Origin: Chrysemys picta bellii
Lineage: Eukaryota
Assembly (NCBI RefSeq): GCF_011386835.1
Contig: NC_088793.1
Location: 144,336,001 to 144,400,000, forward strand
DNA length: 64,000 nt
Reading direction: 5' to 3'
Shown here: one piece after another, positions 25,115 through 38,134 of the stretch
Layout of the letters: the number at the start of each line of letters is the position of its first letter
Numbering within the stretch: the first letter of the stretch is position 1
The notes under the pieces: model-generated
Told to the model about the DNA's origin: nothing
Seen by the model: the letters and a program-made list of their open reading frames with translations, nothing else
Databases searched by the model: none
Translations under genes and position numbers: made by a program

Positions 25115-27998
25115 TCAGTAGCAGATTTTCCTGGCTGGCTTCTTGCTTGTGCAATTTTGAGGCAAATATTGAACAGGTTTTTAAAGCTACGAACACTGAA
25201 TATTTTATTTCAACATAAATATAGTATTCTGGAATAGTCATATGGTATTATGATTATCCCATGAGCATTCTGGAGCTTATTAAATGCTGCTAGTCAGTAA
25301 ATGCTGTGCTTCTGATTCTTTCATTCCTCTTGTGTTGAGAACACTTACAGAGAGAGATACTTCTCAACATTCTTTAGTTGAATATGGAGCAACAGACGAG
25401 CATAAGTAAGCCAGGGCAGTTAACAGAGGTTTTTCCTATAGTTAAAGTTCCACTGCTCCAGGGACCGGCAATGGAAATGTCTTTTCTGTATTCTGTGTTA
25501 TAAGCCTCACAGCTGCCTATTTCAAAACATAAAACAAACATTGCATGTAAAAGTAGAATTTTCTCATTAATAGTTTGATCTCTTTCGGATCCAACTCTAA
25601 ATGCTTGCAAAAAAAAAGTTCTACAGTTGGCAAGTTAACTAAATTGGGTCCTTTTGCCAGTAGGTTGTTTAGTCTACTGTGGTTCATGGTTGTTGTCTGG
25701 CTTTTCAGTGTTATTTTCTTTTCAAATACTGGGGGGTTTTTTTGTTTTTGTTTTTTTAATAATTCATTTCTCACTAATTATTGGCTATCCTTATCGACCG
25801 CTAACACTGTTAGCCAGCTTATACAGAGTGAAATTTTTGCACAACCTGAGTGAGAAAGCACTTTGCATTCCTCAAACCATATGAATGTTCCCAAGAGATC
25901 TGAAACATTTTCAGAAATAAATGTAGCATCCTCTTGGATAGTAGGAGCCTGCAAAAGTTTTTCTAACATTTTTAGTACTTAAGTAGTATGATGCTTATTC
26001 AGTCTGCATAAATTAAATTCCTGTAGGTATGAATTTCTTTCGCATTCCAGGAGTTCCTTCTTGTAATAACTGCCACCGGCTGTAAAACACTAGGTGAAAT
26101 CCTGATTGCTGAAATAATTCTTATATAAGAGTTGACTTTCAGTATTATTAAATTAAATGTAGGATCTTCACAGTAATGTTTTGCTTTCTAATATTGTTAA
26201 GGGATTAGATTAATTTCAACAGTTTTAGCTATCAGACTATTTAACTTTTAACTGAATATTTTGAGTAAATGGAAACCACAAAGACAGCATTTGAACTCCA
26301 ATATATTTAAGTACCTAATAAAAAAAATTAATAAATTAAAATATCTTATTTTTGGCAAAGATTCTGCTATGTCAGGTTTTGCCATATGGGAGGCTATGAA
26401 AGATGGGAGTTTGTCTTTATATATGCAAAGAAAAGGTCAGACTTTAATTTCTTATATTTAATATTATGATATGTTACACTCTGAAACACACAGACCACAT
26501 AGCAAACAGGCAGTTTCCGACCCAATTCATGGTGTTGGTATGTAGACTTTGGATCAGGACATTTTTCAAAGGGATAAAGGGTAGTTAAGCATCTAACTTC
26601 CCATTGATATTAACTGCTATTTGTGTCATTGAAAATTTCTCCCCAATCTTTACTATGGAATTTGAAATTATAGGCATTCTTTTTTTACTTACTTTCACCC
26701 TCTTGGTCAACTCTCTCTACCTTTTACCCTCTACTGTAGTTTGATTTTTACAACTATTCACCCTTTCTGCTTCTTTAGATCAAAAACTTGTGACTTCATC
26801 TTAGTTTTTTTTTTTTTTTTTTTAACTAAATGTTTTGAAGACTTGCCCTTTTTTGGGCAAGTGGAGTGTTCACAACCATAACTACAGATTCTTTATTCCA
26901 ACTCCACCTCTTGTCCATCTGCAAATCTGAATGTTTACCCTCGGCAGAAAGCTTATCTCAAAACAATTCTGTCAAAATCTGTTCCAAACGCAGTCAGGTG
27001 TTTGGTATCCTCCCTGGGCCGTGCTTGGAAAAATCAGTTGACGGAACTTTCTCTTCCTTCCTGATGGCTCCAACCCTAATGAAGTTATTACCTGGGATAG
27101 TTCAATTTTAGCATGTGCCCCTACAGCGATCTTTTCATGTCTAAAGACTGTCAGAGAAGAGAACCACCACATTCTAGGAATGTCAGTATGCTCTCTTGTC
27201 TTCCACCTTGTTTCCCAAATGCTTAATTGCTGTGAATGGAGTCCCAGATTCTTCTCCAGTAGATGGGGAAAGGTGAAGTGGGACTGTAATGGCACAATTA
27301 TTTCTCTAGCCATATCTGAGGGTGAAATAATACAGAATAATACATAACCTGGTGAAACTTACAGAACTTCTGTAGCTGCACAGCTGAAAGTAAATTTGGC
27401 CTACTAAAGCCCAGTGCTAGGGGGAATAACATGGAAAAAATACTGAAACATTAAAGGATTTATAATTTCAATATCCTGTTAAAGAGTTTTCCCAATTGTA
27501 AAGATCTTGATTTAAAACTCCAAAACAATATTGATAGCTGCTAAGTGGAATGAGAGATGTTGGTACCATGTTTTCGTGTTTTCTTTACTATTTATATTGA
27601 TTTTTATAACAAAAGTGCATTGAAATACATGACAAACAAAAACACCTATGTCTGATATGGTTAATCATGTTAAAGAAAAAAAATTAAAAATTTAGTGTGG
27701 TTTTAAAAAAGAGTAGTCTTATACAGTACTCCTTGAACCAATTCCCTGGCTCTTATGTGCATACACTATAGATTTACGTTAGAATTATGCATATGAAAGG
27801 GGTGTGGAACAGCCCCCATGTGTCTGCCATTCGTTTTTTCAGTATTCCAATTACATATTTTCTAATTGATATGGATGCAATATCTAGATGAGTAGTTAAA
27901 GTATCTTTAATGTGGTTGTTCGAGTAACATCTTTAATTTGACTAATAATCTGAATTATTGCTTTTTCTCATCCACCCTTCCCCTCCCATACTTTTCAG

Positions 27999-28064
27999 TC
28001 CTTTATGCTATGAAAGAGGACAGCGAGAAAGTGCCAAGCTTATTAACAGACTACATTTTAAAGG
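27999..28064 (+). CDS. FEZ2: FEZ2 coding exon, 66 nt, phase 1 to 1
   Basis: CTTTTCAG|TC...AAG G|GTGAGT; encodes (I)LYAMKEDSEKVPSLLTDYILK. Confidence 0.95.
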
Positions 28065-28510
28065 GTGAGTATGTCTGTTAGTATACATGCATTAGCTGGG
28101 ATCTTTTATTTTAAGTTAATATGAGGTATATTAAATATGTTTTAAAATGTTGTTCTTGTGGCATTCCTGAATTACTGGGTCTGTTATCTTCTAATCAAAG
28201 TATGCTTTAATTTTATTTTATGTGCCCAGAAGCCCCTAAGCATGTCGCACCATAAATAAAACATTGTGACGGTAATTTATTTTGAGATGGTCTAAAGCAC
28301 GTTACAAGAGCGCCATAGGACATCATAGTATCAAAACCAAATCATTTAAGATCTAGTATACAAAGTAAAATATGAATAGTTCAAAATGTATTAGACAGGT
28401 TTTTCTGAAACAATGAACTACTTAAATAATCTGTGGAAATAATGCACATTGCTGATACAGGGCTTGTAGATTTGTATAAATTTGAAATTTTCCTTCTGAT
28501 CACTAGTAAA

Positions 28511-28725
28511 TATAAGAACGGCCATACTGGGTCAGACTAACGATCCATCTAGCCCAGTATCCTATCTCCTGACAGTGGCCAATGCCAGGTGCTTCAGAGG
28601 GAATGAACAGAACAGGTAATCATCAAGTGATCCATCCCCTGTTGCCCATTCCTAGCTTCTGATAAACAGAGGCTAGGGACACTTCAGAGCATGGTTTTGT
28701 ATCTCTGCCCATTCTGGCTAACAGG
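28511..28725 (-). mobile_element. CR1 LINE 3' UTR fragment
   Basis: Starts ATAAGAACGGCCATACTGGGTCAGAC..., which I recognise as a reversed CR1 3' end. Confidence 0.7.
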
Positions 28726-29130
28726 TCCATCAGTGGCTATCTTCCACAAACAATGTCCTTGGATATTTTTCTTTATTCTGTCTGGTTCCATTTAAAATTA
28801 AAAGGTTTGAGTGTACTTGCTGTATATTTTCCAGTGCTATACATTGTCTGATTTTCAGTGTGTCAGGCAATGGGGATCATCATTTACCTTGAAAAACAGT
28901 TCCACAGTCTAATAGAGATCATCATAAGGATTCTAGACATTTCACCTGAAATTGCATTCTTAGTTCATTCCATCACTACTGGTTATTTCATTTTAAATCA
29001 TTCCTCTCCCTTAGTTATCATGCTCCACTTCATTTTTGATCTAAACTATACAATGCACGTTTAGTGTAGTTAATCCCTTCGTTACTTATTTTGGTCTTTT
29101 CTCTTAAACTCCCTCCAATTTGTCTGTATC

Positions 29131-29692
29131 CAGGCTGGCTCCAGGCACCAGCGGAGCAAGCTCGTGCTTGGGGCGGCAGATTCCAAGGGGTGGCATTTCA
29201 TCTAATCCTTATATTTTTTTTTTTTTGCGCTTCACCGCTTTGGCCGCCCCTGCGGGTTTTTTCTTTTTGGTTTGCTGCTCCCGCCGCCGTGTAGGGGGCG
29301 GAGGAGGGCAGCGCCCTGCAGGAAGCTGGGAGGGCAGTCTGCGTCCTTCCCTGCCTGCCGACCGGAATGGCGCGGAGCCCTCCCGGCAGGAGGCGCCTGC
29401 GGAGGGGCCACGTGGCAGCACCCCACTTAAGGAAGCCCTGGGGGCCCCCCTTCTCTTCTCCCCTCCCCCCCTCCCCCCCCCCCCCGCTAGCCGGGGTGCG
29501 CACGCCGCTGCCCCGGGTCTGCAGGGCCAGGAGTCCCCCTGCACCCACGCTCCCGCCGCCCCGCAGGTATTTTGTTTTTGTTTTTTCTTTCCTTCACCAC
29601 TCCAGCCGGCCAGTTTGTCCCCCCTCCCTTTGCTGCTCCGGCGGGCCCGTCGTTTTTTGCTTGGGGTGGCAAAAAAGCCAGAGCCGCCCCTG
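29131..29692. mobile_element. Young CpG-rich non-autonomous hAT
   Basis: Termini CAGGCTGGCTCC / GAGCCGCCCCTG; TSD TCTGTATC / TCTGCATC (7/8). Confidence 0.85.
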
Positions 29693-32205
29693 TCTGCATC
29701 TTTGTGGTATTAAGATGCCCAGAACAGAATGTGGTAATTCAGGCACAGTCTTGCTTCCCTCTCTCACTTAGGCATGTGGAAGCACTTGTGCTTACTTTTA
29801 AGCATGTACATAATAGTAGTCCCATTTACTTCAATGCTTAAAGTTAAGCATAGGCATAAGTTTTCGTAGGATCTAGACCATAGTGTGTAAATGGAATTGC
29901 AGTGTCCCTGCTCCATGATGTGATGCCTCGTATGCAGTCCAAAATTGCATTACCATTGTTTGTTGCCAGATCATACACTGCACATTCATCTCTAACTTGC
30001 TATCCTTGATTTTTAGTGTTACTGTTTTCCAAGTATCTGTTTTCAAATGAAATATCACTTGATTTATTCTCTTCATACCTATTAGGTTGTATTTTTCTAA
30101 TCTAATTCTTGTATTTTCTGCTCATAATTTTGATTGCTCTGACTTCGCAAGTATTTACAAATCCTCACAGTTTAGTTATCAATAAATTTACTCAAGATGC
30201 TGACTTTATTGCAATTTAAATAAAAATAAAAGATGACTGTGAAATGTGCTAGGCCCCCTAACACACAACTTAATATTACAAAAAAGCCCAGCAGTATTAA
30301 AATAATCATTACAACAAGAACACTGCTAGCTAGTCATCCACAAACACTCTTTCCCCATCTTTTTTTTTTTTTGTTCTGTCCTCTCCAAAAATCCAGTCAA
30401 ACAGATGACTTTTGCAGGATGGTTGAATTCAGTCTGTGTTTGATTTCCTGTCTTCTTAAAATAAAGCCAACCAGGAGCTTTTATCAAATGCGTAACATTT
30501 TGACTTCACAATCTTTCTAGAATATCTGTCTTGTCTGAATTCTCTAGCCTTGCTTTAGCTCATGTAGAGTAAATAGCAGAAGCTGCTTTTTTGTCTAGAA
30601 CTTCTAATTACGTGTTTTTTCTCATGTGACAGGTAGAACAATTAGTCTGAAAAAATTCTAGTGATACTATTGGAGTTTATTTTTCAACTTAGTAACCCTG
30701 CATTGAAAGAAATAAATTACTTAGTATTTGTATTTCTTAGGGGAAGAAAATAATTTGTCTATTTTGAAAGAAGTTTGGATGTTTAAAATGTCATAATAAT
30801 TTTTAGTAATTAAATACTAATCAGAATGGGCACATTTTACACACACGTTCTCCTAATCTGGAGTCATGACTGATGGGTTAACTGCACCCACAGGGCCACC
30901 AAAGCAACTGATGACTCTGATTTTTGGTATCTTCACTCATCCCCTTATATAATCTTGGAAAGTGCATCACAGCCCCAGCTGAAACTCTTCCAATGCTTCA
31001 AACCATAAATGACCATAAACGTATAAAAACTGTAGACCAGAATGGGCAAAATCCCAGATTAGAACATCTTCTGTTAAATTTAAATTGCCTGTTCTCGTAC
31101 ACAACTACTCTTCCAGTCTGGACTCATGACTGATGGGGAATAGCAAGCGGTTCACTCAAAATGAGTGGAAGGGGTCAGAGCAGAATGAAGAGGATAGTCC
31201 ACTACAAATGAACAGTGAGGATGAGTTCCTAATGGTTTTGTTACCAGCTCTGTACTGCATGTTTACATGAGGATCAATACCAGAAAACTGCGTCAGACTT
31301 CCTCGTAAAGATGTGGAATTCATTCTCCTGATCAAACAGAGGAGCTATTTCCAAATTGGATCTTAAAAATTGGTATTCACATGGAAGTAGATCCAAAATA
31401 CAGAGCGCTTTTACAGCAGAACAAGGAGTGCAGCAATTTAAAGTAATATCTAAATGGTTTGACGAGGATATGACATGATGTGCCTAACTCAGCCTGTTAG
31501 TTATAGCTGGATGGTATCCTGAGACATGCTTCAATTCCTATCTAAACAATTTACTGTTAAGTTTACAAATGATCTGTTTTAAATTCAGCATACCAATTTA
31601 AAATTGAATCCAAAGACGTTTTAGCTGTTTTTTTGTAAAGCACTTTCAGATCTAGGGATAGGTATTGTACTATAGTGTTATGAACTTCTTTGATAATCTG
31701 GATAGGCAATAAAAGCAGGTTTCCACCACCATTCAGGGACTGCTCATTGATAGCTGCCAGTACCATTCAAGCAGAAGCAGCCAATATAAGTAGGCTTCCA
31801 CCACGCAAACCCCCGCCTGTGCAAAATCTGCCATTGTGCTGGAAAAGAATAAATTCCCTGAGTTAAGGAATAGTTCAAAGCATGATCACTATTTGGGAGA
31901 CTTGAAGGAAGCATTTGTACCTCTGTTATTCTTGAAGCATGAACAGTTGGCATTGCCAGGCTTTGTAGGCACCTATGTTGATGTCACCTAAACCTCAGCA
32001 CTGACGTCACTCAGAATTGAGAGTTGGAGAATATTCCTCCTCTGCATCAAGCTTCAATGTCAACAAGTGGTGAGATATTCTGTAGCTGTTCCTGGAGCAA
32101 TACAATCTCTCCATTGCTCTGCCACCAAGACCACCTGATGCATGACGACCTCCACAGATGGTGTCAGTGGTCTCGCGCTCCATTAGGCTTCATTTGAGGA
32201 CTATG

Positions 32206-32483
32206 GGGTATATTTATACTGCAGTCGGAGCTGTGATTGCAGCATGTGTAGACATACCTGAGCTAGGTTCAATCTAGTTAGCTTGGTACTAATAGTGAAG
32301 CTGCAGCAGCACGAGCTGCAGAATGGGCTAGCCAACTTGAGTACAAGCCTGCCAGAGAGCCCGGCTGTGTACTTGGGTGGCTAGCCCATGCAGCCATGGC
32401 TTCACTGCTGTTGGTATTCAAACGGTCTTGGGTATGTTTGTATGAGCTGCAGTCACATCTCCAAGTGCAATATAAAAATACCC
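32206..32483. mobile_element. Harbinger-type MITE
   Basis: TIR GGGTATATTTATACTGCA / TGCAATATAAAAATACCC; internal segments resemble the fragment at 17990-18095. Confidence 0.7.
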
Positions 32484-32539
32484 AAAATGTTCTCAGACGT
32501 TAGTCTGTTATCTGGCATGTAGACAGTTCTTTCAAAGGA

Positions 32540-32800
32540 TTATTAATGGAGGATTAGATCTTTTAAACAATCTGTTCAGGCAGGCTTTGATGTTGCAGTT
32601 CCTTGGAGCCATTTGCTGCTATCATTAACCATTCTTGTATAAGAATTTCAACGTCATCCCTGAATTTCAGGGTAAAATGTTTTACCAGCTTTTTTGAAGG
32701 TAGTCTCTCTTCATTGGAAATGTTGAGGATATCTTGATCAAGACCAGAATAACAGTGAGGATTTTGGGGCAGCATGCCACTTTCTAGAAGCACAGATGTG
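32540..32800 (-). mobile_element. Possible mariner transposase C-terminal relic
   Basis: ORF LLESGMLPQNPHCYSGLD..KHFTLKFRDDVEILIQEWL..NGSKEL loosely resembles the mariner HPPYSPDL..KRF..EEV..GIK.L C-terminus. Confidence 0.35.
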
Positions 32801-33289
32801 TGTTTAGTGATAACTGACCTGATTTGCTATCATTGATTCTAGTCTTAGCTATTTGATAGATACAAGACAGATTACTTGCTGTTAAGGTTGAGTCAAGAAA
32901 TGAAAAACAGAAAAAAATAAGTGTTAATTTCATCATGAAAGTTATTGAAGTATGTTAAAATCAAATGACTTTTTTGTTTTGCTAGGGACCTCTATTTTCC
33001 CTAAAAGAGTGGGCAGGGTTGTTCTGTGATAATAGCACATTGTGCAGCTCTGTGTGAAGTCTTGATAATACTGAATCTTGTCAATATAATTAGTTGAGTT
33101 TTTTCTAGTCCTGAATACAGTTTCTCAAGCAGAAAAATAGTTCACTACTAAAAGTCCTTATTAAGTGGCTATCATCTTCAGTGAACCCTTATATCGAGGC
33201 ACAATTTGCACTCTTGATAAAAAGCAGAGAAGGGAATACTTAAAAAATATGAAAGTATTCAGTCCAGCACATCTGGCTAATATGCATAT

Positions 33290-34400
33290 TAAGGGAATTG
33301 GATAACATGAGAAAGCTCTGGCAGTTGTTGTTGAAGTTGTTTAGAACTAAGGATTGGAGGAGAAAATAAAAATATTATAACAGTTCTAGCAATTGCCATT
33401 TTCAGTACCTAGTGATATAATGGAACAAACATTGAGAGAGATCTGTGTTCATCTATAGGTAAATGGAATACTAAGCAACAAACAGCATATGTTTGTAAAG
33501 AACAGATCTTGCCAAATGTGATTGCTTTTTTGATAGAATCAAAAAATTAGTTGAGGTTAATAGAGATTCACTGGATTTCATTAAAGCATTTTTATACTAA
33601 GTGTCAGGTTCTCTCAAATATGCTTGAGCACTGACATGTTGATTATCTACTTTGTGGAGGACTAAACACAGGTAATAACTACTGTGTTGAGTTGGAATGT
33701 CTGGTAGGGTCTTGTTGAACTTATTGTATTGTTTGGTCTTTAATAGCTTCATTACTGGTATGGTTGAGTGGATAGAACAACATGCTAATGAATTGGGAAA
33801 GACCGCTTAGTCTACTGCAGTGGGCAAGGACTTTGGCGACCTGAGTTCTGTTGCCAGCTCTGCTGCTGATCTTCTGTGTGATCTAGGGCCAGGTCACTTC
33901 TCTTTTCTATGCCTTTGTTTCTTTTCTCCCGCTTTGCCTGTCTAGTCTAAATAAACTGTGAGGTCTTCAAGGCAGGTACTCTATCTGATTGTATATGTGT
34001 ACAACACTTAGTACAATAGGCCTTGATCTTGGATAGGACCTCTAGACACTATAATGCTACAAATGATAAATAATAAATTGGAAGTTGGTACTAAATTAGG
34101 TGTTGTGAGAACTAGTAAAGCAGAAAGGCTATAAACGGTATGAAATAGAGGGAGGAATTAATAAATTGAGCTCTAACTGGTAAAAATGCCAGGTAATGCA
34201 TTTAGGTGAGTGGAAGGGAAGATCCTCAAAGGTACCAGTGCCAAAAGAGACCTAGGACAAATTAGATGTGAATATGTAATGCAGTAAAATAGCTAAAAAG
34301 GCCAGTCAACTTGGGGCTGTTTCCAGTGAGGCATCACATTATGCAGGGGGGGAAAGGATGATTTAGTGGAGCTCTGTGATTGGTATCAAAATACTTTGCA
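33290..34400 (+). mobile_element. Old CR1 RT relic with a nested CORE/MIR-like SINE (~33800-34080)
   Basis: Degenerate CR1 RT segments (GATTTCATTAAAGCATTT, AAATGCCAGGTAATGCATTTAGG, AGAGACCTAGG) and a tRNA-like SINE head and tail. Confidence 0.6.
33399..33606 (+). repeat. 208-bp direct repeat, copy 1 (copy 2 at 34882-35089)
   Basis: TTTTCAGTAC...GGATTTCATTAAAGCATTTTTATAC occurs twice with only scattered substitutions. Confidence 0.95.
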
Positions 34401-34547
34401 TTGCATTTGCCATTCAAAAAAGTCTTTAAAACTAATGTTAAAAATAAAATTACTTTAAAAATATGACTTCAGTTTATCCTCCTAGCCAAGACCCTTCATT
34501 CCAGTGAACAGTTATATAGTTCTTCTTCGGATCCTCTCTAAAATGTA

Positions 34548-34882
34548 CAGGAGTACTTGTGGCACCTTTAGAAACTAACAAATTTATTAGAGCATAAGCT
34601 TTTGTGGGCTACAGCCCACTTCTTCGGATGCATATAGAATGGAACATATATTGAGGAGATATATATATATATACACACATACAGAGAGCATGAACAGGTG
34701 GGAGTTGTCTTACCAACTCTGAGAGGCCAAGTAAGTAAGAGGAAAAAAAAAAACTTTTGAAGTGATGATCAAGCTAGCTCAGTACAGACAGTTTGATAAG
34801 AAGTGTAAGAATACTTACAAGGGGAGATAGATTCAATGTTTGTGATGGCTCAGCCATTCCCAGTCCTTAGTCAAGCATAAGT
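34548..34882 (-). mobile_element. Penelope-like pLTR fragment containing a (TA)n tract
   Basis: Reverse complement of the pLTR family at 50521 and 60770. Confidence 0.9.
34592..34631 (-). ncRNA. Hammerhead motif with G12A substitution (probably inactive)
   Basis: Minus strand GCAU-CCGAAGA-A-GUGGGC UGUA GCCCAC-AAAA-GCUU-AUGC. Confidence 0.45.
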
Positions 34883-35089
34883 TTTCAGTACTTAGTGGTA
34901 TAATGGAACAAACATTGAGAAAGATCTGTGTTCATCTATAGGTAAATGGAATACTAAGCAACAAACAGCATATGTTTGTAAAGAACAGATCTTGCCAAAT
35001 GTGATTGCTTTTTTGATAGAATCAAAAAATTAATTGAGGTTAATGGAGATTCGCTGGATTTCATTAAAGCATTTTTATACAAAGTGACA
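34882..35089 (+). repeat. 208-bp direct repeat, copy 2, fused to the Penelope end
   Basis: Directly abuts ...GTCAAGCATAAG of the Penelope fragment. Confidence 0.95.
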
Positions 35090-35504
35090 CTGTGTACCCC
35101 TTCAGAGGCAAGTTGCCAAAACTAGACCCACAGTTCCAGACAGGGTCTTTTCATGGTATTGCACAAGGGAATAATTATTTCCCTTGTTTTGTTCATACTA
35201 TTTTTGATGTGGTCTAAAATCCTTTTGTTGTTCTTTGTCACAATTCACCATTGTTTCCATCCTTATGTTATTGGTAATGAAAGGGGCTTAGTGATTTATA
35301 TTTAGTACATTGTAATTCATTACCCAGCAAGATATGGGTCAATGTATGATTTTTAGATCTAAAATGGAAATACTTACTAATGTGAAATTCAATCAGACAC
35401 TGTCTAGGCTGCCTTCCAGATGTGTTCAAATCTTTCTGAATATGATTGAGAGACAAGGAGGATGAGGTAATCTATTTTTTTGGACCATTTTCTGTTAGTG
35501 AAAA

Positions 35505-35545
35505 AGACAAGCTTTCAAGCTTACACAGAGCTCTTCTTCAGGTCT
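35505..35545 (-). ncRNA. Minimal hammerhead motif, second Penelope family
   Basis: Minus strand AGAC-CUGAAGA-A-GAGC UCUGUGUAA GCUU-GAAA-GCUU-GUCU. Confidence 0.6.
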
Positions 35546-35561
35546 GGGAAAGATACTCTTA

Positions 35562-35845
35562 AGGTATATCTGGCCTGCAATATACACCTGCAGCTGGGCC
35601 ATGCCAGCTGAGTCAGGATTGTGGGTCTCAAGCTAAGGGGCTGTTTAATTGTGGTGTAGAAGTCCAGGCTTGGACTGGACCCCAGGTTCTAAGATCCTGT
35701 GAGGTGGGAGGATCCCAGAGCTTGGGCTGCAGCCTGAGCTCACACATCTGCACCACAGTAAATAGGCCCTTAGTCCTAGCCCTGCAAACCCAAGTCAGCT
35801 GGCATGGGCCAGGCATGGTTGTCTAATTGCAGTGTAGACATACCC
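35562..35845. mobile_element. Harbinger-type MITE nested in the Penelope fragment
   Basis: Right TIR TGCAGTGTAGACATACCC; degenerate left TIR GGTATATCTGGCCTGCA. Confidence 0.7.
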
Positions 35846-38134
35846 AAAGTGTCACCACTAAATACAAAGTGGAACAGATTGTTTAGCATATGTAGTTAAC
35901 ACATATTGTAAGAGAAGTGATGAAGTGGCCAGTTAACACCTTTGCAATCATAAAACAAAAAAGGTGGTTTTAGTGGGTTACAGATTGTTCTAATAAGCCA
36001 TAAATACAATGTCTTTATTAAATCCATGATTTTCAGTGTGTAGCAAAGTTATGAATTTAAGCTCCCAGGCTTGTCTTTTGAAGGTTTTGTGCAAGTGTTG
36101 TGAATATGATTGGCACTTGAAAACCATAATAGCCATGTTTCAATCCCAAGCCAGGATGGAGGAAGCAGAAGTGTAAGATGTTAGTGATCTGAAGGAGAGG
36201 CATGTGTTTAGTGTCAGGAAAAATCTATATTAATGAATCAAGGCCAAGATTTTAAAAATTTCAGTTAAATAAAAGTATACCATCAGTTTGAAATTGGAAA
36301 TTTCAAATAATGAGTTAAAAGTATTTTTGGGTGCTATACCTTCTCCACAGTTAATCTCCCAATTTTTGTGGTTTCACAATCATATTTTTCTTTTTAAAAA
36401 CATTCTTCTCATATTATCATGTGAAAGATCAATAAAAGCAGGGGAAATAATGAAAACTGTTTAGTTTGTGCATTTTACAGCACTTTGTGCAAACTGCAGA
36501 GCAGAGATGAATGTATTTTCTGTAATTTCAGCTAGTGAGTGTTCTTAGGTGTTACAATAATAGTAGGTACAAAATGTTCAGATAAGTATGATTAAGTTAA
36601 TCATGTCCCTTTAATATTCTCACAGCAGCCTTCACTCTGCCTACTTGCATACACAGGATGCATTACAATACTGTAATTTCATTGCGTGATCACATAATGG
36701 GATGCTATTCAGTAAATATTACATCATTATACACAAAGGAATAAAACTTCTGTAATTGGTGAGAATATAGTATGTAGAATTTTTCATTATTGTGTGGCAT
36801 GATTATATATAGACTTTGTTGAAATACATGAATGCAAAGGGCCAAAGATACATTTGCTGATGGCTATGTGTAAAAAAACCTAAATAGATATCTATAGCTT
36901 GAATCTTTTGATTTGTTAAATTAAATCTCTAGCCTTAATGATACATTACAGTAGGTTTTTTGCATACATTATATATTACCATTATGATAAATTCATCTAT
37001 GAAAGCCAATTAGATTTCCTTATTCTTGACACAAAGACATTTACAAGTTTAGATAATACTTTCCTATTTGAAAAATTACTTTATTAAGTCCATATGAACA
37101 CTTATGGACACAACCAGAGTAAGCTCCTTTTTAAAATCTTCCATTCTTACAATAACACAAACTGACTGGCTTAAAACTTGTAACTAATCTGAGTATTCTT
37201 GCCTCGTTGCCCATAAATGAAAAAATAGTGGTTATGGACTTAAGGTAGTTCAAGAAAAATATTGCTACACATACCGCTAAGTAAAATGGAAGAAAATGTG
37301 TGTATCTGTCTTTCTGCCAAATTAAATATTTTTAAATTATTCTTCCGACCCCCAACTATTTATACTATGGAAGTGGTATGATTTCCCATCTTTGAACTTG
37401 TTTCTTTATCCTGCACCTGATCTTTTAAGTTACCAATAAGGGCTGAAGCTGAATTTTGGTTTTAAATTAAAAGGCAAAAATGTAACTGTCAGTGTTTTTA
37501 TTTTTAAATTGTGAAAGTGTTTCTGATAATGAGGGAATTTATTTTCTTGTTTTTATTATTTAAAGTTTTTGTGCTTCTTTGTTACACCTGACTTCTTTAT
37601 TTGCTTTTGTGTTGTGCTAGCATTGGTTTGAAAGCTGGATTGCTCTGAGGTTTGTGTCTTTTAGATGTGAAACAGGAATGAGAAACATGTGAAGGACATG
37701 TCTTTGTCTTCCCACTTTACATGATCCACAGGGTACACACATCAAGCTTAGAATTGTCATCTGAAATTTTCAATACATATTTTAATATTTTACTGCATGG
37801 TAGCACTTCCACTTTTTCTTGAATGTTCCATGAAATTATAGTTAATTCTTCAGGATAGAAAGCTTATAAAGTGTAAAAACACCATTATTTAAGACATGAT
37901 CTTTAGTTAACTCATTTCTGTGTAATATTAGTTAGTGATAGCATTTTTTGTCATAAAGTTTTCTTTTGGGAAGAGGGTTCCAGTTTAATTATCTATTTCA
38001 ATTCTAGATTTTATTCGCTGCTTTTAGAGTATAGAACTAAGCATTCTTCATGTTTGTTTACTGTATCCTGCAATGTGTTTATGCACACAGTGTTCAATGA
38101 AGTTTATGCCTGTATATTTGTGGTTCTTTTGCAG

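Larger units (their letters stand above)
35455..36115 (-). mobile_element. Second Penelope-like family fragment (endonuclease C-terminus and pLTR), split by a Harbinger MITE
   Basis: Minus strand ~35990-36110 reads LHKTFKRQAWELKFITLLHTENHGFNKDIVFMAY, which aligns with RETAELKFICKFNTINLGLNRD at 7600-7680. Confidence 0.75.

Noticed and set aside
29091-29841. Overlapping ORFs up to 197 aa on both strands
   Set aside because: Stop-codon scarcity in a GC-rich hAT MITE; the same applies to 45501-45962 and 53253-54357.
30900-30930. TGATGA..CTGA, C/D-box snoRNA-like
   Set aside because: The boxes are only a few bases apart, with no terminal stem or guide region.
31563-31766. ORF with SILNWYAEFKT, mariner HTH-like
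   Set aside because: Similarity is too short, and it lies in the wrong order relative to the putative C-terminal relic at 32540-32800.
37665-37681. Alternative acceptor giving FEZ2 tail (D)VKQE*
   Set aside because: A five-codon frame after a moderate AG is expected by chance; no other support.
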